Positions 1 to 12,626 of a DNA stretch of 64,000 nucleotides are shown here, in pieces. Location of the stretch: the NCBI GenBank assembly GCA_002633005.1, contig NMRA01000261.1, positions 124,001-188,000 of the forward strand, read 5' to 3'. A program made the translations under genes and the position numbers. This stretch comes from Phoronis australis. Taxonomy: Eukaryota > Animalia > Phoronida. The notes under the pieces are model-generated. The model was not told where the DNA came from. It saw only the letters and a list, made by a program, of their open reading frames with translations, and did no database searches. Every line of letters starts with the position of its first letter. The stretch's first letter is position 1.

Positions 1-884
1 ATCACAGACAATTGGTGCACACAACTTCTTGCAAGGCCAGGACTGCAGTGTCTACATTTTTCAAATAAATGTTCGTGCAAAAGCGACGAGCAGGGGAATA
101 CCTTTTTAAAGTGCAATTATTTTTAATACAAGTGCATGGGACAAGATACATGCATTTACAGTAGAGTGCAACACTATCATAGCCATGATATGTCTAGACA
201 AGTGGCAACACAAGGTTTATGGCCAAGACTGGTTGTAAGCTTAACTCAGCTAAAGTGGAGATAGTCTGCTATTAGCATTTCTAAGGCTGCAGGAAATGTT
301 GATGGAATGCTCAATGAATGTTAACTTACATGTTACCAAGTTAGAGATACTGATAAAAATATTCCTAATTTAGCCTTATTTTTTGTCTTCATTAGCCTTA
401 CAAGTATAGCAAACCTTTCAGTGTCAGCTGGGTCGTTTGTGACCACCAGCCACCTACCCAAACCATGTATAAGACCATACCCACCCTAGCCGCTCTTGGA
501 TGAAAGTATATTGTAGTAGTTCCACTGGGTTTTAACATTTAGAAGCCTGGCAAATAATTTGCATCTCTGTCGTGATCAGGGCCATTAAAGAGCTAGGCCA
601 ACTCAACAATGAAGAAAGATCTGGTGGGATTTTGAGTGTAGCTTCTGTCTGAGATGACCACTGAACAACACCGTACTATGTAGTGAGCAACCACTGAATG
701 AAGACAGGATAGAGGTTCAATTAGAGTTACTCAACTGTTAAGTAAGACATGTTCTTAACAACCTGTGTAATTGTGACTGGGACATATGATCCCTGAAGAA
801 GGCGGGAAAGATCTTGTAGGTACATGTACATTGTTCTGTGTATTCTGGGGATCTCCTTCAGAGACAAAGATTGTCTTTCTTAAC

Positions 885-1174
885 AACTCGCGTTTTGGTC
901 GAGATAGACCGACCCGAAAAACCTCGCCTCATTTTCGGGTCGGTGGAAATTCCTGAGAAAACCACAAACCTTTGTTTGGCTGGTAAAATGCGATTTCACG
1001 CCTATACACATTATCTTAGAGCGTTAAGTTCCATTGCCAAACCAGGCGTAATTACCATGTTAATTGACCCTACAGCCAGAATGGGTCATAAACTATTGAA
1101 ATCGCTGCTAAAAGCGTGCTATGATTATAGTCCCTGTAACCCCTGAGATTGTATCATGAACATTTTGTGTTATG
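885..1174 (+). mobile_element. ~290-bp MITE, older copy of the element at 39250..39540 in opposite orientation
   Basis: Aligns over its whole length to the reverse complement of 39250..39540 (e.g. tatagtccctgtaacccctgagatt); left TIR is decayed. Confidence 0.8.
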
Positions 1175-1612
1175 CTGCATGGAGCTGCTGGTTATTCAAA
1201 GCTGAATTTGATACCGCTTAATTAGGGAGACTTTGATTGGCAAACAACACGCTTAGCCCAATACATGCATTGAATTCTGACCTAGTTTCTCATACATGCA
1301 CCATTCACAGCAGTGTGTGATTGGAGCATGAGGAGTCATGAGGCATTTAAAGGTTACAGAACCCCAGTTTAGTAATTTCATAGATAACTAGTCTTTCTTA
1401 CTTAGTCAATAAGTTCAAATGTTTCACTGAGTTTGTCAGTCTCTCCAATTAAACATTAATTGAAGTGACGAGTTTTCAAATTTGCTCCAAACTTTGGAGA
1501 GTTGACAAGAGTAACAGTTAGAGCATTATTTAAGTGATCTAGTTGAAATAAATACCTGTTGATAGACTAAAACGTGCAGGGTTTATTAAAATCATTTTAA
1601 CATTGTGACTAC

Positions 1613-1783
1613 CTGCTTGTTCAGACTGAGGGAAACTAACAACAGAACACGAGGATGACACACGCTTGAGTGACTCATCAACAGATGTGGGTGTATCCGC
1701 AATATCAACAGACAAACTCTTCATGCGCAAGTTAGCTCGACGCTCTCTAATGCTGGTGGGTGTACAACTAGTCGTGCAGTCAG
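1613..1783 (-). CDS. Exon DCTTSCTPTSIRERRANLRMKSLSVDIAD...PQSEQA
   Basis: ttgtattgtag acceptor, CAG|gtagtc donor, 171 nt, phase 1-1. Confidence 0.75.
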
Positions 1784-2490
1784 CTACAATACAATATATT
1801 GTGTTAATCATTGGACAGTACGTATGTGATTAGCAGAACACAGACATGCAAGCCCTGCCTCATTCCTTAAGGTTTTCCAAGGGGACAAAAGGCTTCAGTG
1901 CTCAGGACAGTGATCACATCGCAATCCTATTCAGTGCCAAAACAAGGTGTAGAGATCGCCACTGCACTTATTCTACATATAAAAGACTACTTTAGTCTAA
2001 AAAATATACCGTACTTATCCAGGATGGTCAACTGGCCATTTACAAACAAAATTTTTAGAAGTGAGCGCTGAAACTTTTGTTTGCATGGTTGTTACTCTAA
2101 GGTAAGAGAGTTTTATACATTTAGGGAGCTAAAATTCTCCTAAGGAACTATTTTTGTCTTTTGATTCCACGGGCCTAAAATGATTTAAGTATCCCATTTT
2201 GAGGTTGGCAATTTTGCCTTATCGTAATTAGGTCTGTGTAGGTTTTTGAAAGTGAAAATTTGAAATTTCTGTAGGTGGATGTTATACTGAACATGGGTAT
2301 TGACCCACGTGAGTACAGTATTCAGTTTGGCACTGAGATATCCAGCATTTAGTAACCCAATTGACATACAATGTATGTTATGTTTAGTACTGAGATAGTC
2401 AATGTACCTATAGAAAAAACCTAATGTGAGGACTGAATGAGATTCCATTAACCTCTGACCACAGGAGTTCATTGCACATTTAACATTAGA

Positions 2491-3325
2491 CAACAAGATC
2501 AAACAACTCACATTGCTAAAATGCACTCACAACTGCACCGCAAATGGTGTGCTTCTAGGGGCATTTTATTAGTATCATAAAAATGGCCATTAGATGGCAC
2601 AGAATACATTGAAAGCTATCCGGAACTGGGAAATTTCATAAAACTCCATCCGGTACTTTAAATGTAAGAAGATAATGGAAAAAAATAAAATTTCTACTGG
2701 GGGGCACAGCGGTGGTTGGATCCATCAAAATGTTGTCGTCACCCGTTGGCAATTTTTTGTAATACACTTGCCAAGTTTAATAAAGATCCTGTGGAGGAGA
2801 TCAAGTTCGAGAATTAAAACTTACAAAAAATTAGCGATGTTTCGTCCGCATCTTACGGACTTCAGCTTGGCTTTTGACCACAAGTCAAGCTCCTCTGAAA
2901 ATCGTCAGCCGTCCTCTTCGCAGTAGGAAAATACATGCCACTTTACACAATAATCCTTTGAGTGGTTTGGTTGATAGATAGGCGGGTGCCAAATTCAGAC
3001 TCGAAAACTGTACAAATGGCCACTAGGTGGCACAAAATACCCCAAATTCATACTAGAAACTAGCGTCATATCATTAATAGATACCTATTTGCTAAATTTT
3101 TGTAAAAATCTTCGAAGATAAAGGTAAACATAAAAATAGATTGCCACTAGAGGGGCACACTGGTAGTCCGATCTATTCAAAAATTCGCTCCTGCCATCCC
3201 ATCCATTCAAGGAACATTTCTGCAAATTTTATGAGGATTTTTAAGATAGAGCAGTGGATGCCGGAAGGACAGAGAGGGATGACGGCATAATGCGTCCACA
3301 TATAAAAATGTGGATGCATAAAAAG
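2491..3325 (+). mobile_element. Helentron/HINE-like dispersed element, copy 1
   Basis: Starts aacaaga..., carries internal degenerate units with gccactaggtggc, and has a terminal hairpin atgcgtccacat-ataaaa-atgtggatgcat then aaaaa; homologous to copies at 8.9, 30.5, 42.1 and 47.1 kb. Confidence 0.65.
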
Positions 3326-4863
3326 GCAGCAATTCAAGATGATAGTTTGTGTAAATTCATTGTGTATACTTACCGTACATGGGTTACACGTAAACAAATA
3401 TTCTGGCATCAATTAATGTCAAATACTAAAACAGGAATTGCACTGTTAAATTAATTGCACTTAACTGTTTCACAGTCTACCAGTCTGCACGAATCGAAAA
3501 CCAAGTAATATTTCAGAAGTTTCCAAAGAGGTAATTAAAAGATTGAGTCTGAAGGCATGCTAGCACAACAGTGTTGCAGGAAAGTTAAAAAACAATTTAG
3601 TATAAAAATATGATTACGAAGAAGAAATAGTCACTAAGAATACTATAAACATGCACCAAAGAGCGCATGCTGGAAACTTAAATAGAAAATAAGTGCAATG
3701 ATAATCAAGTTGTACCCGGTGGTATAGCTGTAAAGGAGCCAAGAATGCAATGATTTTAACAGAAAATTGGGTGGACTTGAAAATGTTTGCTACAGCATAC
3801 AATAGATTTGAGTCAATGTTTGTTGCTTCCAGGCAGAAATGCCTAATAGTTACACCAACGATTCTGTTGGAAGGTGAAAAATAGATAGGCCTAAGTAAAG
3901 ATGTTTTGACACTGTATCAATGGGAGAGTGCACACAGGCCATAAAGTACATCATGTAACTTTATCCACACCCCTGTGAACTGCTGCAATGAGGGTCTGTC
4001 ATTTACATCTTGCATCCTTTTTGTCCATCCTCTGTGCAAAATACTGCAGAACACTTTAAAAATAAACCATCTACCAATTAGGCAATTTTTAGAAACATGC
4101 TGGTGTTTTTAAGACACTTTAGATCGTTTGGTACCAAGACAGCAATGAAGTGGGGTCGTTACCTTCAATGCCTGTGTTTGATTAAACATTACGATCAAAG
4201 CAGATTAAATTAAATAAAATATTTTTATAAACAAAATTACAGCTCCGCTTAATTTGATTTTATGAATCACTAGTTCAGTCAGTGTGTTTATGCAGCCTTG
4301 ACCGAAAGTTGGATGATGATATATTAACAGGCAACAAATGCACACCGTGACATTTGGGTTGTTTTTGAAGGTCTTGGTGGTTACGTGCCAATTGTCAGCT
4401 TTTAAATATTTCTAGCGTGGAACATTCAACACACCACCAACTATAAATCTTGGCATCACAAAAAACAACTTTTGACATAGGCCACTTACCGTTTTAGTCT
4501 CAAAATGTTTCCAAGTCAAATTGGAGATTATTTAGCGCTTTCAGAGAACTGACAGTTTTGTTTTTCATTGCTTGAGAACAAGCTCTGCAAGTTGGCTTGT
4601 CACAGCCAGTCATTTTATGTGCCAATAAATAATGACCAGTCACTTTGTGACCTCCCAGAAATCACTTCTCACCTGACAACAAGGAACAAATTGAGACCAA
4701 TTTTATAGTGCTAAGAGGTCCAAGTCAAAAGTTTCTTGGAGGGGACGAGGATTTACACCTAGATTAACATAATTAATTACAAAGTGGTACTGTAACAGGG
4801 GGTAATCAGTGGCTGATACTAACACTAAATTTTGTAAAAGGAGGGTAATTATGAAAGAATTAC

Positions 4864-5004
4864 GTGGGTGGCCTGATCCATCCTTAACTTTACTGGAGTA
4901 CTGATGGTTAGAGGGTCTGTTTGTTGCCCGCCAGCAAAGTTCTTCATCACTCCGGTCTATAGACTTTATCTCATGCATGGTTCGTCTCCGTTGCAACCAC
5001 TTAG
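4864..5004 (-). CDS. Candidate cassette exon KWLQRRRTMHEIKSIDRSDEE...DGSGHP
   Basis: catttattag acceptor, C|gtaatt donor, 141 nt, phase 1-1; motif similar to the neighbouring exons. Confidence 0.6.
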
Positions 5005-5639
5005 CTAATAAATGTAGTAAATTACAGGCCAGGATATCCAGGATGATGTTGAAAATAGAAACAACACATACACCTTAAATAATGTTCACGTTTCCATCAG
5101 GATAGAAACAAATTCATGCTCTCAGGTGAAAGCTAAACAAAGTCATTGTAAGGTAAGGCAGGGCAGATTGAGCATCGCGATGGATAAGTATAAGTCATCA
5201 CCGATGTGGTTGACCCGTAAATGACAAGGTAGGTTGGAACATAAGTTTAAGACACCACGTACATTCCACCCTATGTTATGCATGTCAAGAACTGCAGATG
5301 ACACTTGGCTTACCTCAAAATCCTACTGCTGCCTGCACCCAGCACAATTAATGAAAACCAGAATATTGGCAACATTGTTCAAACTGAGGAACCCAGCCCA
5401 GGTAAAAATTGACCATGGGATGATGGATATCATTGGGATGATGGATATCATCCAATGGTTGGAGTTAATGCAACAGAACAAACCATTCAATTCAGTTCAG
5501 CTGTTTAGGCCGCTTGGTCACCTATGTAATCCTTCATGACACCTTACTATGTCATAAAACTAATTGGGCCTGATGACTGTTGGAAGTCTAGCTAGATGGC
5601 TCTCTATTGTGTTGGCAGGGAATTGGGTAAATGAAACTT

Positions 5640-5950
5640 GTGCTTCATTTCACAAATTTAATTTTCACCTGTACTAGGTCATGAATTTTTAAAATTCAAA
5701 AACCGAATCCCATGTACTTTTCACTGCTACCTAAAACTTTCAAAACGGAAATTCAAAAATACTATAGTGGTTACACTGGGTCTGATTATCTAAAGAATAT
5801 GACACCATCAGCAACCTGAGGTGATGCAATTAACTACCACTGTATGGTGTCTTTCATCTTTGCAGCAGATTTTGAGGTATGCAAACCAATCGAGTTGCCC
5901 AATCTCGAGGGTGTTGACATAAAATTTTTTCATGGAGTCAACCTGGACTA
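5640..5950 (+). repeat. Dispersed repeat family C, copy 1
   Basis: gcagattttgaggtatgcaaaccaatcgagttgcccaatctc recurs at ~32640 (+) and ~36550 (-). Confidence 0.75.
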
Positions 5951-6775
5951 TGATGCCAGTTTGGTGATGGCTCAACTTACCCCAGTTTCCCCTATGCACA
6001 ACTTTCCCCACCTTTCCATAAAACTAAAAATAAGCAATGTAGATAAAGCTACAACAAACATTTAAAAAGAAACCCAACTCCATGACACAAAAACCATATA
6101 TAGCGAGTCTCAAAATTTTATGGTCCTCCTTTGTTTACATTCATGCATAACTCAACAGGCAGAAAAGGTCTTTTTTGGTACTTTTGAGGAAGACTGCAGA
6201 AACACTGCAAATTACCATGCCACACCATGTCATCTGAAACTTGCTTATTCACGTGACAGAGATAGCACTTTTGTCTGAAAAAGGATACGTTTGCATACTA
6301 CGTGTCTTGGCCAGCTACTTGTGCTGTGCTGACAAAAACTGTCACTGGCTAAGAAGACTATACGTTTGCTCAGGAAGTCATGTGATTCACAGACTACTAT
6401 TGAATCGCATGTGTTGACAGACTCTTCTGATCATCCTTTTGTCCACTCAGTACCAATAAGTGTCACACTCTAGAGGACACTCCTTTGAATAAAGTCTCCT
6501 CATATTTTGCTAGTCCATTTGCATACTGTAATGGTTTTGACATCAAATAAATTTATGTCATTTTCTATAAATTAGGGTTTACACAGCCACATGGCTTCTT
6601 TGGGAAAAAGAAGTCGCAAGGTTACAAGACGTCATGGTAAAGCAAGCAATTAGATTCACAAGCTTGTTCAGTGCTGAAAAAGAACACGGAAAACTCCAGA
6701 AAATACTAAAAAGAATGCACATATTAAAGAGAAGTCGAGACAGAGTGACGAACAAATGGCACTTGCATGCATCAC

Positions 6776-6991
6776 CTGCAGCTTTGGCTGTTGCTGACTG
6801 ACTAGTTTTCTGTGATTCCAATAGGTAGCGCTCTTCTTTGGCTATCTCCATAGCTTCAGAAGAGTCCATGGAGAAACTCTTTCTTCTCAGCGTCACGCGC
6901 CGTCTCTGTTGTTCACGAATGTAATTAGCGGGGTCGGATGTGTCACAGGATTGACTCTTCTGGTGCATGCTTTGCAGCTTAGCACGTCGCT
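6776..6991 (-). CDS. Exon ERRAKLQSMHQKSQSCD...RRRVTLRRKSFSMDSSE...ATAKAA
   Basis: taattttag acceptor, CAG|gtgatg donor, 216 nt, phase 1-1; strongly protein-like. Confidence 0.75.
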
Positions 6992-7670
6992 CTAAAATTA
7001 CCGTAAATTTCTGATTAACTACAATCTACCATAAACATTTAACAACCAGGAAAATGTTAAAGCATTAAAATTTTCAAGCTGAAAGTTGTTTTTATCATTG
7101 ACTACTTGTTGCAAGTGTTGCCACTTATTGAACACAATACCTTTTTGAAAACAGAATCAAATAAATAAAAACACTTTTATCCCAGCTCAAGAAAAGCAGT
7201 GACAGTTAACACTTTATGACTATGATTTAAAGATACACAGACCGAGTTTTTATCATAAAATCTGAAAAAGTAAAACAATGCTGATCAATTTATTTTAAGC
7301 TGGCCATGCAGTGACTTAACCAAACAGTGTAATGAACTTTTTATGAATAAAAATCCACAAATTGACATCTGTATTTCAAAGTATAGGTAAACTTACTTAT
7401 GTGTAAAAAGAGTATGTTTGCAAGATAACAGTTGATAGAGGCCTGTGTCTGAAGTGTGAGCAAACAACAGAACATTTGCAGCATAACATTGACTAAATAC
7501 AAATTGAAGCATTACACATATAGTTGTAAGTCTACAGATTATATCAGTCCGGACTAATACTACAGAAAAAAACACCAATTTCAGAAAAAATGCATTTTTT
7601 TTTGTTTTTCAAGACTCCTGACCTCTTTTTGAATGAAACTCAAATTTTTTCAAAACAAATGGCAGCTCTG

Positions 7671-7796
7671 CAGGGGTGGATCCAGGATTTTTTTGAAGGG
7701 GGATACAGCCAAGGATAAATACGAGGTGCTTTATACTCCTCCAACAATGCAAGTGATTGAGCACAGGGGTCTGGACCCCCTCAGGATCCCTGCCTG
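7671..7796. mobile_element. Short decayed hAT-like MITE
   Basis: caggggtggatccagga ... tcaggatccctgcctg imperfect TIRs with CAG...CTG ends; no intact 8-bp TSD. Confidence 0.45.
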
Positions 7797-8905
7797 CATT
7801 GTTAGAGCTTAAAAATAATGAAGCATTAATTTGGTGACACAAAATTTCCCTTGCATAGCATATTGTGTGCTGAAGTGGTGAGATTTTACTGTATATTGAA
7901 ATAAGGGTGCCTTGCTTGACGTGACAACTTCAACATGTTGGTTTGCACTGACTTGAGGCATCTTACCTCAGTAAAGCAATTGAGAAGAGGTAATGCACAT
8001 TACCATAGCACTACCACCTGTGACGTGCACATAGGAATTAAAGCTAGTGTAATCAAGTGCTTCAGTTGTAATACATGGCGGTATCTCCAGACTACTTGCC
8101 CGATCTTGTATTTTTATGAGTGTACTACATCTTCAGAATGTGCATCAGGTCCCATGGTCTACATTGTAATGGAAACTGAACTTAAATACTTGTCAGTCAA
8201 GGAAAATCCTATGGGACTTGATTAAAAAAATATTGATTGACTGGCACCTATGGCTTCGCACTACAGAAAGTGTGTTTACCTCAGGCATAACAATTATCCA
8301 ACGCAGTCAAGAAGGACTCCCTGTATAAGTTTAAAGGTACAATTATCAGACTGGAGAAACAGAAAGGAACAAGTACTAAACCCCATGTATCAACTGTCAG
8401 TATGTATCCCCAATGTACCATCTGTCAGGACTGTATTTCAATACAAATGGACTAGGGCAAAGCCCGATAACATCAGTGAAGGTTATGTTCACCCTTCTGG
8501 ATTTCCCAACATGATCAAACCAAAAGGTTCAAAAAACCTTCCAAATCTTGATAGTTTGGGCATAAGAAACATCTTTCAAATTTTGACGAGCACTCTAACC
8601 TAGCCCGACACAGACACATTACTCGGACATGTGGGGAGAACAGTGTGTCCCGAGTGTGGTACTGACGTTGAAACCCCTAAACTCCTGGTAGAGTCTTGCT
8701 CAGCTTGTAATAGGCTAAGGAGCAACCTACTGGTTGGCACTGTTACATGCCTGCAACATATAGTACATGGCAACAAATGGAGGCAGGTAGACTTGAAGAA
8801 CCTGGCTCTCGCATTCTTAGCTCAGGTGTTTAGTGCAATGTACCCACCGCAAATGACACCAGACCACCTGCACTGCACTCTTTTTTTCTCGATTTAGCCA
8901 AATAT

Positions 8906-9305
8906 CACAAGAGTAACACAGAGCTTTGAAATGTGCCAACGACTGCACCGCAAATAGTGCTGCTTCTAGGGGTGTTTATTTGTATTTTAAAAAATGGCCA
9001 GTAGATGGCACAAAATATACTGAACCCATCTAAAAATGGGAAGGTGTCATCTCTCCAAGCTATTTGCCAAAGTTTATGAAAATCCGTCAAAGAACTCCAA
9101 AGATAAAAGGGCAAATGAAAAAAAAACTGCCACTAGTTACCACAGCGGTATTGGAATCCATCCATTTGATGTCAATTATTGCAAAATTTCAAAAAACACC
9201 TTGTACTGGGCTTAGGAGATACAGCCATGGACACCGGATGCCCGAATGGCCAGACAGAGATGACAGCAATATGTACCCACATATAAATATGTGGGTGGGT
9301 AAAAA
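8906..9305 (+). mobile_element. HINE-like element, copy 2 (short)
   Basis: Shares the actgcaccgcaaat..gtgctgcttctaggggtgtttatt head and the acccacat-ataaat-atgtgggt hairpin tail with copy 1. Confidence 0.65.
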
Positions 9306-10446
9306 CTACATATATAACAGACAAATATTCTGTAAAAAAATTTTAGGAAAGTAGATTTAGAAAGTTTTTGATAAAAAAGAAAAGTACCCTGCCATGACAA
9401 AACAACAGTGTCAATAACACGGAAATTTTCATTCATTGAATGTTCAACTGAGATGATACCTCAAAAACGCTGTTGAAGTTTTCTATGCAACTTTTGGATT
9501 CTTTCAAAGAAATCTAAAATTGGAACATTCTAAAAACAATTTGTACAATGTTTTGGAGAACAATATATAAATATGTGAAAGGTTCATATGAATTCTATTA
9601 GAAACCTGGCGCAGACGTACCCTAGCGAGTGTATTTTGTCATTAGATTAGTGCACTTTTGAGTGGAGCAGAGCAATTACCGCATTAGTAGTGACTCAAGG
9701 GCAATAAAATACTGGCTAAGACAGGTGATTTTTGATCCATTTTACCTCTGAAAAACTTATGTCAGAATGATTTTTTAAAATATATAAAATGTAAACTGAA
9801 AACGATGTCACAGTTTCTGTTTTGTTGACCAAAGGAGGTAACCAGCTACATTTATGACTTGTGAGCTCTAACATATGAACACTTCACAATAGACCAAGGT
9901 TGTTATTTGAACTTGCCTGGAAACCACTCTCATCATGAGTTGAAACTGCAAGAGATATTTGTTGAATGCGATCAGCCATTTCCGAAAAATGACGCTCCCA
10001 AGTTAGCAAAATTTTCAATAGTTTTCAAGGGTCCCACATCACCTTAATATGTATGCACTCTGTATTGACAAAAATCAGACCCTAATGAATAAATGAACAT
10101 TGGTTTATCACCACGCTATTTCCTCACAACTCACTTGCACCCAAACAGGGCGGAGGAAACTGATCTTGTCAAACCCAAGACAAAGTTTGGGTATAACTGT
10201 TCATATCCAGTGTTTTGTAAATTTAAGTTAAGTGCCTTTAACTCTAACAAAACTTGCCGCAGTTGTATTATTGCTTGATAAATATTTTTTTTCATGTAAT
10301 TGTACTACAAAAATGTTGCAATACATTTTTTACAATTGGTTAAACAAGGTGTTTTATAGAAAAGGTGCAGTGAGCAAATGGTCTTTGCAGGTGCAAGAAA
10401 AATTCGTAGGAGTGAAATAAAAAGAAAACAAAAATAAAAGCTGAAC

Positions 10447-10884
10447 CTTCAAAAAAGTCAGAAAACCACGTAAATGCTCTCTCTGGTTGAAAGTGAGTTT
10501 TAACATCTGAGAAACTTTTGTGACGCTTCAGCATTCGGTTCCTCAATTTGGTTGTTGGTTGAACCATCTGGTGTTGGATATTTTGATCACGTAATTTGGA
10601 GTCCTTAGATAGTCTGTTCAGTCTCAGAATAATATTGTGTATTTTGACAACTTCTTCACTGGGTCCCTCCTTTGTTTCATTGGTGCTTGTCACAGGAACA
10701 GGTTTGCTTAGCAGGTGACTAGTCATTTGTTTTCTCAACAGCTCTCGGACTTTTTTACTCTCCTTATTGAGCGTGTGCAAACTTTGAGTTGAACCATTCC
10801 AGTGTTCGTTTGCTGCAAAGTGATTGAAGTTTTGTGAATTGTCTGTTAGCAATAATTCACCAACAGAGGTCCCTTGCATCAAAT
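10447..10884 (-). CDS. Candidate large cassette or alternative exon (..KLRNRMLKRHKSFSDV..)
   Basis: Longest non-repeat, non-gap ORF in the window (10340..10882); tatttag acceptor and GAAG|gttcag donor give 438 nt, phase 1-1; both splice sites are weak. Confidence 0.5.
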
Positions 10885-12126
10885 CTAAATAGTTGTGATT
10901 GCACTCTCATGGGGTCAGTGAACAGGGCCATCTTCCATTTGTTTGCATAGGGTCCACTATAAACAGCATCCTGCATATTAATAGGTTGATGGCAAACTAA
11001 TCACAATAATGGGATTCAGCTAGGCTCAACCTTGGGTTTACCTATGAAAATCATAAGATTCATTGAGATCGCAGTGAAGTCAAACCATGAACTTACAGTA
11101 ATTCTTCACTTGTTTCACACTGGCAAAAACAATTGCCCTAAATTGTCACTTTCCATGTTTAAATATCAACTACCTTGCCGCAAACAATGGAAACTTTACA
11201 AAATGGTGCTTTTATTGACAACCTCACAAACCATGCTAGTAATAGACTAAAATTTTCTTAAAGTTTTTATGAAGAAATTTAATAAACTACTGGGTAGAAT
11301 TTCACGAGTTGACCATATTGTGTGCTAAATATATATACATATACATATAATTATGTACAATGAACACCTGGATCAGTGGCAGCACTATCCTTAGCTCTAC
11401 ATCAGTGACCACCCACTGGGATGGTGCTGAAGTCCACCCAATAGTCTGCTTGGACAGATCAACTCTACCAATTCTTGGCCAAACTGACAATCAGACAGTG
11501 TATGGAAATCAGGCCTTTAGCATTCAGAGAAAGTATTTGTGAACACGGTTATAGAAATCAATGACCACTTTGACCAACCAGTGCTTCTCATCAACACCAG
11601 CAGACATCCTGAATATACTTAATTAGCTTAATTAGAAACGGTAAGAGTTAGCTAATTAAATAACAAAACTGACCTCAACAAAATTGTTTCCATTGGCTCT
11701 CAGTTATTTAACTTAAAGCCTTCATAAACCATATCCTGGTTTCAACTGTTTTCACAAGTGTATTTTACACATCCAAAGCAATGTCATCATGTTCTTTTAT
11801 TAATTTATTTGAAAAGTACTTGGCTTCAACAAATCACCTGCCAGGGTTTACCTCCAAGGCCATATTAGGTTAAAGACTGAAACTACATGTCATGACAATC
11901 AACATAATGGGCGTGGTCGAAAGTAATAATGACCTGTCAATTCTTTAAAGATTGGAAATCATATCTACGGTAATCTGCACGAGTAAGGAAAAACACCATT
12001 TCGTAAGTGCCCCCCCCCCCCAAGAGAAAGCTGTTTTTGACACCTTTACTTTCCCATTAAACAGATCCTGAACCAGCTAGCCTGTCAAGAAATGAAATAA
12101 GTTCAACGCAGACACTTTCTTTATAA

Positions 12127-12626
12127 GGCCCTTTCATATTGACTTAACTTCGGTCTGAGTGGAGCGTCGATGTAAACAGCGCAGTCAACTGGACCGTTCA
12201 TACTGGCTTCGGTATTTAATGAACATCGAAGTAAATGGTTGGTGACGCTGTCGTCATCGAAGTTATCGCAAGGTAGCATTGCACGCCAACATTTTTTTCA
12301 ATGAGACAATTTGAGAACGTTTACATGTGCTAAATTACATTAAATCTATTTTTAAATCGATTAGTTGTTATTAGATCAAACTATAAGCAGCTATAACGAC
12401 ACTATCCTGAACTGTTGACGATAACAGTGGCACCTGGCGATAACTTCGATTGGACCGAACTTAAGCGTTCATACTGCACAGCAGTGTCAACGATGCGCTA
12501 TTAAATCCACCTGTTAACTGTGATGTTAACTGGAGCTGTTAACTGCGATCCAGGACTGGAGTTAAGCGTTCATACTGACTGCAACTCCCCAAACCATCGA
12601 CGCATCGACATTAATATGAAAGGCCC
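12127..12626. mobile_element. PIF/Harbinger-like MITE (~500 bp)
   Basis: TIRs ggccctttcatatt / aatatgaaaggccc in TA-rich flanks (taa / tat); CpG-rich interior with repeated cgttcatactg motifs. Confidence 0.7.

Noticed and set aside
560-830. Possible Penelope remnant or hammerhead (ccctgaagaaggcgggaaag at ~791)
   Set aside because: Too degenerate; no convincing stems or reading frame by eye.
838-1146. 102-aa plus-strand ORF
   Set aside because: Lies mostly within a MITE whose other copy is at 39250-39540; no protein-family motif recognised.
8280-8350. Well-bounded AG/GT segment on the minus strand (also 7967-8017 and 5314-5332)
   Set aside because: Stops in all usable frames or incompatible phase; could be non-coding or poison exons, but unsupported.
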